From: Squalus acanthias
Taxonomy: Eukaryota
NCBI GenBank assembly: GCA_030390025.1
Contig: CM059432.1
Span: forward strand, 42,906,001-42,970,000
DNA length: 64,000 bases
Direction of reading: 5' to 3'
Shown: in pieces, positions 11,409 through 24,734 of the stretch
Position numbering within the stretch: position 1 is the stretch's first letter
Layout of the letters: every line of letters begins with the position of its first letter
Program-made: the position numbers and the translations under genes
Notes under the pieces: generated by a model
Database searches by the model: none
What the model was told of the DNA's origin: nothing
The model's input: the letters and a program-made list of their open reading frames with translations, nothing else

Positions 11409-14400
11409 GGCCGCGATTTTGCCTACTGAGGCGGGCCCGGGACGGCTGGGGTCGGTAGTGTGGTCCCAGCCCACTGCCTGCTCCATCCCTCTCTGTTGAA
11501 ATGATTATACGATGATGGGGCTTGTTAAGCCCGCCCAGCGAGGTTCCTGGCCAATTAAATGGAAGCGGGTCGTATGACGTCATTTCATGATGCGTCATCA
11601 GCCGGTTTCCTTAAAGGGGCCATGTCCAAATTTACTTTGACAGTTTTGCTGTCAGTGTTCTACAGCATTGAGATGCTGCAAACACTGACAATCACTGCAC
11701 AAAGGTGCATGGCTGCACCCAGGCTCTCCCATCACTCCCTCCATATGCTTATGGAGGGAGTCACTGCACGCAGGGAGGTCCTCTTCCCTTCCTATGGGCG
11801 GAAGAGATCTCACCATGAGTTAACACAGCCTGGTTGCACATTGCACAGGAGGGCACAAGCAGCGATGTCGTCAGGAGGACCAGGTTGCAGTGGCGCAAAC
11901 CTTTCAATGATCTCAGTAGATCTCGAAACTTTACTGCAAAGCCTCCGTCAACCTCATCCTGCTGTGCCTCTCATCTCATCCCCATCACTCTGCCTTCCCT
12001 ACCCTACTCCTGCACATGCTTACTCACACCAACTTACCTTGCACCTCCACCCATCCCTTTCTATCTACATTATCACTTCCCCATCTTACTAGTCACCCCT
12101 CACACTCACCCTTATCCTAGTCCAATCATACCAACTAAAAACACACAAGGGTAGGCACTTGGGTGTTTTAGCCAATGTTCATGTGAATTTTCTGTTAATG
12201 TGCTGTCAAATATTGAAATCTTTATTTTGAACACTTTGCCAGATTTGTGTGCACCTTTGGAAGTGGCTCAGTGAGTTGCAGTGAATGGTGAGACATAATG
12301 GTACCCCCCGCAATGGTGATGAGTGTGAAAGGAATGGCTTGGGCATTGTAGGGATGCTTTATGGTGTTGGTGTGGTGTGGTGCCAACCTGGCGCATCATG
12401 TGGCAGCCAGGGTGTACAGCGTCAAGTGAAGTAAATCTGGCCATGGTGAGGCTGTAAAGTTTCGCAATTATCGCGATTCAAAATAACAAATGAGAAGCAG
12501 ATTCGTTTGATCAGTTTTATTAAACGAAATGCTGTCATGATATAAAGGACACAGAAGCCTGTAAAATGGCCGTCGCGCATCGTGGCAGAAGCTTCCAGAA
12601 TTACAGTGGGCAGACAAGATGGCGTTCGAATAAACATTTCAATATAAGACGGGATCATACTCAATAAACACTGATAAAGACAGGATGCAACCTGTTTGCA
12701 TTCGAAACAATAGCAAAAGATATAAGTGCTGGAATCGTTTTCCATGCACAAGTAAGGACCATTGTACTGGGCAATCGAAGGCCCATCCAGACACATCAAT
12801 ACACAAATACCCCTACGGCTCTACAATGAGAGAGACATCGACGGGTGATTAAGCAAGCATTCGGGGGCCCCCAAAACCAGTCAGGGAGACAATTCATACA
12901 ATCCTGGCTGGGTCAACAATGGGGAAAACATTAACGGGTAGTTGGCCAGTTTCAGGTGCTACCGAAACCCGTTAAAGACAAGAATCGCCCCATGCTGGGA
13001 GTTTTGAGCGCCAATATTTCACAAAGGACAAACATTAAGATTTGAGCGGGAGATAAGGGAACACAGCACTATAACTATAGTGAACAAATGTCCATCGGTC
13101 TCTTAGCTTGCTGCTGACTGCCGAAGCTCTTCCTTAGGGCTGGACATTGTTGACTCTTGTCTTTTAGCCGTACTGGTCGGTTATTCGAATGTTGGGTGGA
13201 GCTCAAACGGAACGAGCCGCCTCGACAAGGGCAAGTGACCGGGTGCACCATCCCGAGAGTCGGTAAACGGTGTCTGGACCCGAAGGCCCAACAAGACAAG
13301 ACGAAATGACAAGAAAAGAAGAATCCATGTGCCGCCGCGGTCAGTAAACCCCGACCGCGCCCGAAAATATAGAACTCACTTCTTGAATTCTACGGGTTAT
13401 TGCACGAACCGGTTTAGGTCCATCGACTCCATTACCATAGGAAGACTCTTCATTGAATTCTACCGACAACTGGTGTCAGTACAGGAAGACTTTTCTTTGA
13501 GTTCTACAACCGGGCCCGAGTTCTGTCGAGTTCTTCATGACAACGGGGAGCCCGGCCTGCTTGCCGCAGCAGCGAAGATAAACAAGTGGGGTACAGAGAC
13601 CCCTCCAAACACGTGACAGTCAGGCGCTGCAGCGAACGAGCCGAGTGCCTCACTTTAAAATTCTCCAAAGTATCACGAGTGGTGAGCATGTTTCACGATC
13701 ATACAAATCTAGACGTAGTGTAGGTATTGATAAGGGAGGGTGGTTTTATTAAGGATAAAGTATAATGTGTTCCCCTTTTTACGATGTGCCGTGCGTTCTT
13801 CATTACCATAGACCAAGCTTTATGAATGTATGTATACTTGTACTCTCGTTAATTTGCGCCTATGACATGTACTTCATGATTTTGGACGCTATGCAATAAA
13901 GATTTCCATTTCGTACTATTCAACCGGGTCTATTTGAGTTTTTCTCTGCATTACTGCTCTCGCACCTAAGTCCAGTGTTAGAACCGTAAGGGCGAGTGGG
14001 TCGAACCACTCACAGGTGCTTATTGCAACAAGGCTGGCCAGAGACCAGAGCAAGCAATAGTATTAGGCAATGAAGGCCTAACCTCGCACCAGCACCGTCT
14101 GTGATACAAGCACGACAAAACCCCTTACAAGGCCATCCCTGGTGTCCCGGGCAGCAATGTGGTCGAGTGCTGATGCCCTGTGTCCTGTGCAGCACCAGCT
14201 GATTGTTGAGAAGGTTGGTGTTGATGTTAGTGCTGCTGGTGTGCCTGGTGCTGCTTTTGTTGGGGCTGATCGTGGTGGGATTCTGAGGACCAAGGTGAGA
14301 TGTTTTCAAGGGCAACGATGCTGATGGAATAGATGGCAGGTGAGGTTGAGATGGCAGAAGCAATCTGTCAATGGTGAGAGAGGTTGTTCTAATGAGGTGG

Positions 14401-14857
14401 CACCGGATAGAGAGTTGGCTCCAAACACTTGCAAGCTGCAGAAAGCTCAATCTGTCTTCCAAATGCAGTGAGCAACAGCATCTAACCTTGCAAAGTGAAG
14501 ACCTATGAAATGGGAGTTTTTATAGACCATTTGCTGCTGTCAAGTTAGTAAATCATCCCATGCTGACACAACACCCGATCTCCTTCCCTGACGTGATCTC
14601 CGAGCAGTGGGGAAGCTGTTGGCGAACTCTAAAAATCTAAAGGTAAGCTTAAAATAATACTTAATTGCCTCTTAACAATCTAGCTAATGATCTAAATTGC
14701 CTCCCCCGCCGCTTGTTGTCGAGTCTATTCAGTGCTGACAGACCCAACATCTGGGAGACTAGCGTGGAGGCGGGTCCCGACCCGCTGTCAATCATTTCAA
14801 ATTTCACAGCTGACCCACCTCCGATCCTGTCCTCTCAGTGCCGGTAAAATTCCGGCC
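11409..14857 (+). mobile_element. Non-autonomous Harbinger family A, copy 1 (contains solo LTR)
   Basis: TIRs ggccgcgatttt / aaaattccggcc; TSD CTG/CTA; carries decayed Myb/SANT exon (APRLS..LMEGVTARREVLFP...QWRKPFNDL); colinear with 17873-19595 and 39105-40858. Confidence 0.9.
12453..14129 (+). mobile_element. Putative solo LTR (1677 bp)
   Basis: Begins TGTAA, ends TTACA; perfect 4-bp TSD AGGC (12449-12452, 14130-14133); the sister copy at ~40130 shows the empty site; AATAAA at 13895; no coding homology seen. Confidence 0.85.
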
Positions 14858-15053
14858 CTAAAGACACGGCCGCCAATAGTGGGGCAAAGGGAATGGGAGA
14901 TGCACAAGATTCTAGATTTGAAGGAACACAGAGTTCTTGGAGGATTGTAGGGCTGGAAGAAATTACAGAGATAAGGAGGGGTGAGGCTATGGAGGGGTTT
15001 GAACACTAGGATGAGAATTTTGGAATTTAGGCATTGGTGCACTGGGAGCCAGT

Positions 15054-15176
15054 CAACGTTCGCGGCTGTGCAGCTGTTTGCCGGTCCCGTGCAGCCTGGG
15101 ACTGGCTTTTCAATGCTAAGTCATGCGTGAAACTGTGAATGGGCCGTGCACCTTAAAAAAAGATAGGGAATCATTG
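15054..15176. mobile_element. hAT-type MITE inside L2
   Basis: Ends caacgttc / gaatcattg with 8-bp TSD gagccagt (15046-15053) / gagccaat (15177-15184); interrupts L2 sequence. Confidence 0.7.
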
Positions 15177-17872
15177 GAGCCAATGTTGGTCAGCGAGCAC
15201 AAGGGTGAAGGGTGAACGGGACTTGGTGCGAGTTAGGATATGGGCAGCAGAGCTTTTGATGAGCTCAAGTTTATGAAGGGTGGAAGATGGGAGGCAAGCT
15301 AGGAGAGGATCGGATTAGTCGAATCTGGAGATAATAAACGAATGGATCAAGGTTTCAGCAGCAGATAAGCCAAGGCAAGGGCAGATGCAGGCGATGCTTG
15401 GAGGTGGAAGTGGGCAGTCTTTTTGATAGAGGGGATATGGGGTCGGAAGCTCAGCTCAGGGTCAGATAGGACGGCAAGGTTGCGAACAGTCCGGTTCAGC
15501 CTAAGACAGTGGCCAGGGAGGGGGATAGAATTGGTGGCAAGGAAATAGAGTTTGTGATGGTGGCTGAAGGCAATGGCTTCAGTCTTCCCAATGTTTAATT
15601 GGAAGAAATTGCAGCTCATCCAGGACTGGATATCAGACAAGCAGTCGGACAATACAGAGGCAGTGGAGAGCTCGATAGAGGTGGTGGTGAGGTAGAGCTG
15701 GGTGTCGTCAGCATACATGTGGAACCTGACGTCATGTATTCGAATGATGTCACCAAAGGGAGAATGATTGGAGGAGGATGGTTCAGGGAATTGATTCCAA
15801 GGCTGCAGAGAGATTGAGAAGGATGAGGAGGAATAGTTCACCAGAGTCACAATCACAGAGGATGTTGTATGTGACATTGATTAGGACCATTTCAGTGCTG
15901 TGGTGGGGTGGTAACCTGATTTGAGAGGTTCAAATGGAGTTACAGGAAAGATGAGCATGTATTTGAGAGGCAAGAACACATTCAAGGACTTTGGGAGGAA
16001 AGAGAGGTTGGAAATAGGGCAGTAGGTTACAAGGACAAAGGGATCAAGGATGGGCTTTTTGAGGAGAAGGATGATGATGGCAGATTCAAAAGAGAAGGGG
16101 ACTGTACCTGAGGAGAGGGAACCATTTACAATATCAGCTAGCATGGGGGCTAGGAAAGAAATTGGATGGTCAGCAGTTTAGTGGGAATAGGGTTAAGAAA
16201 TCAGGAGGTGGGTCTCATGAACTAGATGAGCTCAGAGAGGCCATGAGAGGTGATAGGAGAGAAACCAGAGAAAGATGCAAGTTCAGGGCAACTGAGAACT
16301 TCATGAGCTCTAGATGGCCTGTAAATTCTTTGGGGGGATAATATTTTATAGGGTACATCCTCCTCATTCGCTTTCTCATTCTCCTATATTATAATCTTGT
16401 AACTTCTTCTCCATTAACATTACAAACAAGGCATCAGGCTGCGACAGAAGCTACTGTGCTGCCATTTGAGGTGGAAACCTGGTGGAAATGGGTCTCGGCC
16501 CAGAATCCACCTCCAAAAATGCTGTTATGCTCATTTTAAGCTCTAAACTCATCAGAAACCATGGGAAGATTTATGCCTTATGTTCTTAATTTCATTAGCA
16601 TTATTTAGCAAATGGCAACATATGTAAGAGGCTTAGTTTAATCTGGGTTACTTACAGTTGTGTGTTATGTCTGTTTTTTGAACTTTTTATAGAGTGCAAT
16701 TTAAGTGTTAAAAACGTATATAATTAAATGTTTTAAGTCTAATGCATATCTGTAGGGTGACATGAATGTAGGCTGTTGCAAAGTCTGATGTGCTTTTAGG
16801 GCACAAAGTATACTGATTGGCTCAAATTTCACGTTGAAAAACGCATAATCACATTCAAACAGACCCTAGTGTTTTCTCTTAAAGCATTTCCATTCACAAA
16901 AAAAATATATTTTTTTTTTCCAAAGTCCTTTCAGTGGCCTTACTATTCCTTACCCAGCTCATCAATGACATTTATAACATAATAAGTACATAAAATATTC
17001 AACATTTCTGAAAAAAAAATCACAAAACTTACCAATCCCATCTTTGAATATCTTCATATGCATTCCACCGCATGGACCTTTCCTCTTTCAGATGGTTTGG
17101 AAATGTCTTCTTTTCCATTCCTAGAGCTTAGATGATTGAGCCTGGACTTAGATCGATCTGTGTTCCCGCTTTGGCCTTCAGCATGCACATATGTGATTGC
17201 GGTCTTTTCCCAATCTCTGCACTAGTATAGTGGCACTCGCAAAGGCTGACTTCTCCCAGCAGCACAACCCTCCCTTCAAGACAAACACAACAAATCAAAG
17301 CATAAAATGATATAAAATAACAGGCAAGAAAAAAGGGAGAAGAAAATTTTAAATCTAAAATAACTCAAAATCGGACAAATAAATGAAGGGCATGTATGAG
17401 AAGCATAAACAGACGTGTGTAAGAAGCATATACAGAAAGAAACAACATACTCAGAAACAGATACAGACAGGTAAGTGGCATGGAAGATATAGGCAGAGAG
17501 TGGGACACATACAAAAGAGATAAGAGACAGATAGAAGGTCTACAGAAAGAGGCAGGTGAAAAGAGAAAAGTTTGGAGACAGATACAGAGATAAATATGTC
17601 TCAGAACAAACAGAGACAAAGAATTGAAGACAAACAAACAGAGTGAAGAAAAAGACAAATTTTATATTTATTCATTTCTCCTATTTCTCATCTACATGCT
17701 GCCCTCGGCGACATCATCCAAAAACACAGCATCAGTTTCCACACAGCTTTACCTCACCACCACTTCTCTCGACCCCTCCACTGTCTCTAAACTGTCAGGC
17801 TGCTTGTCTGACATCCAGTGCTGGATGAGCAGAAATTTTCTCCAATTAAATATTGGGAAGACCAAAGCCATT

Positions 17873-19595
17873 GGGGGAAATTTTTCGGAGGGTCAGCAGA
17901 CGCAATCGGTGGTGGGTCGGGTGGGAAAATGTTTTTTTTTTGACAACGGTTTGGGACCCCGCTGTCAACCCGCCGCCACGCACCTTTCCCAAATGTCAGG
18001 TCTGTCAGCGCTGAGCGGACCCGATACGCAGTGGTGCGGCAGACAATTCAGGTCATTATGACCTTGTTAACAGACCATTAAGAACTATTTTGAGCTCACC
18101 TTCAGAGTGTACCAAGTCGCCCACGGGGTCTACACTGCTCGGAGATCACATCAGGTAAGCAGGTCGGGAGTTGAATGACCATGGAATCATCTCATTACTT
18201 GACAGCTGAAAATGTGCTATAAAAGCTCCCATCTCACAGCTGTTCACTTTCTAAGCTCAGAAGATGTTGCTTATTACATTTGAGCTTGAACTTTATGCAG
18301 ATTTCAAGTGTTTGGAGTAAACTCTCTATCCAGTGTCACTTCATTGGAACAACCTTTCTCACCATTGACAGAATGCTGCTGTCATCTCAAGTTCACCTGC
18401 CATCTATTACATCAGCATCAGTGCCCTTGAAACTATCTCACCTTGGTCCTCAGATTCCCACCACGATCAACCCCAACACCAGCAGCACCAACAACAACAC
18501 CAGCCTTCTTCGCAATCAACTGATGCTGCACAGGACAGAGGGCATCAGCACCCAAGCACCTTGCTGCCCGGGATGCCAGGATGGCCTCACCATATCAGAT
18601 TTACTTCACTTGATGCTGTACACCCTGGCTGCCACATGATGCGCCAGGTTGGCACCACCCCACACCAACACCATAAAGCATCCCTACAATGCCCAAGCCA
18701 TTCCTTTCACACACATCAGCATTGCGGGGGTGTACTGTTATGTCTCACCATTCACTGCAACTCACTAAGCCACTTCCAAACATGCACACAGATCTGTCCA
18801 AGAACGTAAAGTGTTCAAAATAAAGGTTTCAATGTTTGACAGCACATTAACAGAAACTTCACATGAACATAGGCTAAAACACCCAAGTGCCTACCCTTGT
18901 GTGTTGTTAGTTGGTATGATTGGACTAGGATGAGGGTGAGTGTGAGGGGTGGCTGGAGAGATGGGGAAGTGCTAATGTAGATAGAGAGGGATGGGTGGAG
19001 GTGCAAGGTAAGTTGGTGTGAGTAAGGATCTGTTGGAGTAGGGTAGGGAAGGCAGAGGGATGTGATGAGTGGCACAGCAGGATGAGGTTGAGTGTGGCTT
19101 TGCAGTAACATTTTGTGATCTACTGAGATCATTGAAAGATTTGCGGCACTGCAGCCTGGTCCTCCTGACAACATCCCTGCTTGTGCCCGCCTGTGCAATG
19201 TGCAACCAGGCTGCGTTAGTCTCCTGGGGAGGTCTCTTCTGCCCATTGGAAGGGAAGAGAACCTCCCTGCATGCTGGGAGAGCCTGGGTACAGCCGTGCA
19301 CCTCTGTGCAGTGCTTGTCAGTGTTTGCAGCACCTCAATGCTGTAGAACACTGACAGCACAAATGTCAAACTAAATTTGGGCATGGTCCCTTTAAGGAAA
19401 CCGGCCGATGGCGCATCATCAAATGACATCATCGCACCCGCTTCCTGCAATTGGCCGGCAAAAGCGCTGGGTGGACTTAACAAGCCCAATCAGGGGAAAA
19501 TCATTTTGGACAGCCGGCTGGAGCCAGCAGCGAGGCTGGGACCCACCACCAACGTCGCCCGCCATGGACCCACTGAGGTTGGTAAAATCCAAACC
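17873..19595 (-). mobile_element. Non-autonomous Harbinger family A, copy 2
   Basis: Reverse complement of copies 1 and 3; perfect TSD ATT (17870-17872, 19596-19598) inside L2. Confidence 0.9.
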
Positions 19596-20055
19596 ATTGT
19601 CTTCCGTCCCTGCCACAAACTCCATTCCCTAGCTACCAATTCCATCCCTCTCCCTAGTATCTGTCTGAGGCTGAACCAGACTCTTCACAACGTTGGTGTC
19701 ATATTTGACCCTGAAATGAGCTTCCAACCACATATCCGCGCCTTAACAACGACCGCCTATTTCCACCTCCGTAACATCGCCTGTCTTCGCACCTGCCTCA
19801 GCCCATCTGTTGCTGAAACCTTTATCCATGCCTTTGTTACCTCTAGACTTGACTATTCCAATGCACTCCTGGCCGGCCTCCCACGTTCTACTCTGCGTAA
19901 ACTTGAGGTCATCCAAATTCTGCTGCCCGTGTCCTAACTCACACCCAGTCCCGTTCACTCATCACCCCTGTGCTCGCTGACCTACATTGGCTCCTAGTTA
20001 AGCAACGCCTCGATTTTAAAATTCTCATCCTTGCTTTCTAATCCCTCCGTGGCCT

Positions 20056-20431
20056 CCTCGCCCCTCCCTATCTCTGTAACCTCCACCAGCCCCACAACCC
20101 CGCCTCGCCCCTCCCTATCTCTGTAACCTCCACCAGCCCCACAACCTCGCCTCGCCCCTCCCTATCTCTGTAACCTCCACCAGCCCCACAACCCCGCCTC
20201 GCCCCTCCCTATCTCTGTAACCTCCACCAGCCCCACAACCCCGCCTTGCCCCTCCCTATCTCTGTAACCTCCACCAGCCCCACAACCCCGCCTCGCCCCT
20301 CCCTATCTCTGTAACCTCCACCAGCCCCACAACCCCGCCTCGCCCCTCCCTATCTCTGTAACCTCCACCAGCCCCACAACCCCGCCTCGCCCCTCCCTAT
20401 CTCTGTAACCTCCACCAGCCCCACAACCTCG
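20056..20431 (+). repeat. 47-bp minisatellite, 8 copies, derived from L2 sequence
   Basis: Unit cctcgcccctccctatctctgtaacctccaccagccccacaaccccg starts at 20056, 20103, 20150, 20197, 20244, 20291, 20338, 20385. Confidence 0.97.
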
Positions 20432-20739
20432 AGATATCTGTGTTCCTCTAATTCTGCCCTCTTGCGCATCCCTGATTTTAATCGCTGAATCATTGGTGGC
20501 CGTGCCTTCAGCTGCCTAGGCCCTAAGCTCTGGAATTCCCTTCCTAAACCTCTCTTTCCTCCTTTAAGATGCTCCTTAAAACCTACCTCTTTGACCAAGC
20601 TTTTTGTCATCTGCCCTAATTTTTCCTTATGTGGCTCGATGTCAAATTTTGTTTTATAACACTCCTGTGAAGCGCCTTGGGATATTTTACTACATTAAAG
20701 GCGCTATATAAATACAATTTGTTGTTGTTATTAATGAGA

Positions 20740-21396
20740 AATGCCATGGGACAGCAATTTGAATGCCTGCACTTTATGCTCTTGCAGTTTGCTATTCAGT
20801 TGGGGAATATTATGCTTCTGTTTGGGCTTGCTCACCATACACTAAGCTATTGGATACTCAACTCCATGCTACTATGCATCTTGTGTCAGCCACACTGTGT
20901 CCTACTCCTCTTCTATGGTTACCAATCCTTTGCAATATAGCTCCTCCATATCTCCATCGTTTAGATAAAGTAGCAAAATTGGTGACTAGACTTTGTGACA
21001 AAGTCAAGTTGCCAATTCACTTTGATTTGTTCTATCCACTATCAACATGGCTCTCTTCGAGACACCCAATATGGTCAACCTTTCTTGAGTCCTTTGACTT
21101 TTCCTTGCCAACTTGCTGACACGGACAGCAGATGATCCTCTAAATCACCATATATCTCCGACCCTACAGATCAACTGCTTTCGAACTGGACAGGGAGAGT
21201 GCACCTCAAATGTTCACCTATGGGGCCTTTGTGATGATGACAAATGTCTTTACGGACAAATACAAACCATGTCCCACATCATTAAATTATGCCCACCAAC
21301 TAAACTATCTGATGGCCTACATGCTTTGCATGCTAGTGATGACAATGCTGTAAAATGGCTTGAATTACATGCCAAGTTTTCATATGCTAAATAAAT
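20740..21396 (+). mobile_element. Vingi/Ingi-like (I-group) non-LTR retrotransposon 3' remnant
   Basis: ALAVCYSVGEYYASVW...LDTQL...PTPLLWLPILCNIAPP...SRHPIW and INCFRTGQG.C...WG....C..GQ.QTMSHII..CP (CCHC-like), followed by a short gctaaataaa tail. Confidence 0.75.
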
Positions 21397-22869
21397 TACA
21401 TGACTTGAACTTCTGTAATTACTTCATCTGAATCCTATTTTCAAATTAGTTCAAATTTTCCTTTTGGATTTGCTAAAGACACCATTGCTCAATCAGCTAC
21501 CTAAATAAACAGTGATCGGTGGGTCAATGATTTTTATATATATGTAATTACACAGTAATTTAAAAGAAGATTACTGCAAAGCAATCTTTGCCCTAAAAAA
21601 AACTGCCATTTGAATTATTATTTTCTTCTGGTAACCACAGAACTCAGATTTCTGGAGCATCACAGGAAAGTTATAAACAGGAAATAGTATTTATATTGAT
21701 GCTGTGATAAAGGATTGCCATGAAAACCAATGTTTGAGGAAATTGAAGTAACACTACAACAAGAGATTTTGACCCTGAAAATGTGTGAAGCTGCTGACAC
21801 ACTACTGGAGTAACCCTGGCGGGATTGCAGTGAAAGGCCCAGGATGTAGACCAGAATCCGGATAGGATTTTGTTGGTAGTTTCCAGGGAGCCATGTCTGG
21901 GGCAGAACCTCTGTCCACTCCAAACATGGTCTCTATGCTACGAGTTCCCACTTCCCTGGCCTTAGTGGGACCCAGCATAAGTATGGAGCCCAATATGCCC
22001 AGTGAGATGAGGCCTCCTGAAATTGGGATCCACTAGGGTTTCAGGCCAGGAAAGCAGCCTAGACCCTTGAAGGAAAGGTATTTTTTTTCAAGTTTTCTTC
22101 TTCTTCTTCTCCCCTTGTAAAAGGCTTGTAGGTATCAGGAAACAGATTCCCTGGAGTGGACTGGGACTCCCCTCCCAGGATGGCAGCAGACTCCAGAGTA
22201 TCTGATGTGTATGGCTGGTGGGCATCCATGATGTTCCAGTAGTGATGCAGGCACCCACCTGGCCTATGCTAATTAGATGCCATCTCCTGACCCCGCGTAT
22301 TCTGGCAGGGTCAGTGCTAGAGGGAAGGCGTGACAGCGTAATTGCTACAATCAGGTCCCTGAGCAATTTTGAGGACTCTATGTTTCCTTAATAACTGGAT
22401 GTTAAATCAAGTTAACTTGAAATTATCTTGGTGGACATAACCCAAAATCCTGATGCATTCCACCTTCTGCTGCCTTCTGCTCACTCACTCTCATACTATC
22501 ACACCCTCTCCATATGAACAGCTGATATTAAAAATATCTCCACATGTACGCACACACTTCTTACTCATAATACCATGCACAGATAAAGAAAAAAAGTGTT
22601 ACGGTCATTATAAAGTGCTTGGAATATAGCCATGGGTCTTTTTAATAAATGAGATATTAATATAATTACATTAAAACTTTAGCATAGAAAAAGGAGTCAA
22701 CATTGTTCTTTTGAAAAAAAATGAATCAAAATGTTTTATGAAATGGTAACTAAATGCTAACAAAATCATAGGAGTGCACACATTTTGAAGCAGGTAATTT
22801 TGAGAAAGTAATGAGCTGAAGAACATTTGTCTCATCCAAGACATAATTATAAATACATTCAAAAGAAGG

Positions 22870-23560
22870 TAGTGGTGCCCAATTCTGGGCAATCAGGTCC
22901 TGATACAATTCCCTGCCAACACTGACTAGTCTGCTGCTGGTGGCTTGCTGTACACTATCATCCTCTTGGTCTTCCATGGTCTGCAACTCTTTATTCAAAC
23001 ACATTGTGACCACTTTTCCCATGTACTGTACAGCATACAGCAAAATTATTATTCTCAGTGGGAGTTCGGGAGTTGTGGGGAGATGCCATTACCATAGTTG
23101 AACCACATAACCCATATCTTCAATGAATCAGGAGTCCATTGAGTTACGGCATAGTTGATTGCCTTAGAACGAAAGCATTGTGCATATCCCTTGGAAATTG
23201 TGCATCAGCATGCATTATTTTCTTAGTCACACCGTGATGAAGTAATAGGCTGCCATAGGGTTGCTGCTAGGCTCACAAATTGTTACATGAATACAGTCAA
23301 TAATGCCGTCTCCTTAAGTAGGAAAAACTGTTGCTGCCCGTTCAGCTGCTGCTTCTGAAGTGTATGCAACAAGGGTGTGTGTGGCAATATAAGGCTTGAA
23401 TGATCTCATTAATAGAATGGTACACTCCAAGCCTAGGTAGCTATGTCCTGTTAGCTGACTCTGTTGCAAGAGACCCGCTATCTAGGGCAGTGCCTGCTGG
23501 ATGTTATGTGCCTTCTATATCCACGGTACTATTGGACTATTATCATTAGTCCTCCATTGC
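22870..23560 (-). pseudogene. Very old Harbinger transposase remnant
   Basis: Minus strand encodes GIIDCIHV (~23300, compare GAIDCTHV) and an acidic C-terminus ending GRELYQDLI. Confidence 0.55.
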
Positions 23561-24734
23561 AATACACTTGCCAGAGGCTTTGGGCAAAAAAATGTATTTT
23601 TCACTTTTGTCAGTGGTAATACTTACAACTTTTCCCTTAATTAAGCTCACTAATGTCAGATCTATTCTGGAGTAAACTATTTCTTTTTCAATGATCCTCC
23701 ACAGCTGTATAATTCTGCATGAGTTATTTTATGGTTGGCCCGTAACAAGTTAAAGTGACCTTTTTAATAAACTTTTAATTTGTGTTCGTTAATTCATTTT
23801 TGAAAGATAGCAATACTCAAAGCAGCATTAGATGGGAAAGCTTCTTCCACTCTGCTTTTTCCCAACATTATACCACTATTCACTCATGTCCAGATTTTTA
23901 AATTAAATTTATTGACCAGAGAAATGTTCATCCCAAGGTGTCAGTTCCACACATATATTAAACTGCATGTATAATTTTTCTTCCAATAATTAATGTGAAG
24001 AGACAGATAGGTCCACTGGCTACCTGCATCATTTTATATATTATGCCCAATAGTGGTAGTTTTTTTTTTCATTTGGTAGTTACAGAACTGTTTGCAGAAT
24101 GAATGCTGGAGTAATATGTAAACTGTTGGTACTCAAATGGATAACATTTAGTTTGGCAGCTGGTAAAGAAAGCAAGGCTGCAGGCTACAGATGTTTCATA
24201 TCACTTTGGCTCTCTGCTGCCAGATATTTTAAGTACTTTTCCTTCATTAGCCTACTTGGACTGAAACAAAAATCAAATTTATTAAAAAATCAGGCAGTTT
24301 GAACTTGTTGATGTTTTACATAATTTTCTGAGCAAGTTTCTAAAGGTGCCGACTAATCTCTTCAGCATCAATCTGGCAGTCTATGAAATATCTTCATAAT
24401 TACATTTTTATAACATATCAAAATAATAACTGTTGTGCAGGTTTTGTTTACAACAGCTCTTAAAGGAAACATTGATGGTTATGAGTTCTGTTACAACCCA
24501 AAAATGAACACTGTCTGACAACATGGATCCCAATCTGCTTGAGAGTCATTTGTCCAAGAAAAATTCTGATTATAAACCAAGTTAAGTCTCAAATTAAGTC
24601 TCTCATCAAGTGGTCCCTTTTTCTCTCAAGCAGCACCCCAGCCAGTCTCCTACTACCATTGCCCTCCTCCACCTAGCTAAACTTGTTCAGCCCTCAACAG
24701 CTTCTTTTTTATCACCACCTACTTTTTCCACATA

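Larger units (their letters stand above)
11170..16290 (-). mobile_element. L2 LINE, 3' half, interrupted by nested elements
   Basis: RT motifs FHMYADDTQLY, QLNIGKTEAI (ORF 15347..15877) and YCPISNLSFL (15881..16144); 3' tail ctatataaatgcaagttgttg at ~11175-11200. Confidence 0.9.
17680..20732 (+). mobile_element. L2 LINE 3' part, interrupted
   Basis: TQLYLTT..CLSDIQCWMSRNFLQLNIGKT; continues after 19598 to IHAFVTSRLDYSNALLAGLP; tail ggcgctatataaatac...ttgttgttg. Confidence 0.9.

Noticed and set aside
12422..13689. Short ORFs in the LTR-like insert as viral accessory genes
   Set aside because: No recognisable motifs; lengths compatible with chance. Cannot be fully excluded without a search.
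17365..17658. Hydrophobic 97-aa ORF as a membrane protein
   Set aside because: Product of (AG/AC)-rich low-complexity sequence.
20056..20431. Regular repeat array as CRISPR
   Set aside because: No unique spacers; units are tandem L2-derived sequence in eukaryotic DNA.
21770..22375. GC-richer block as a distinct element (also 1750-1930, 10775-11020, 38885-39070, 57750-58100)
   Set aside because: Probably decayed Harbinger MITEs, but termini and TSDs are too degraded to call.
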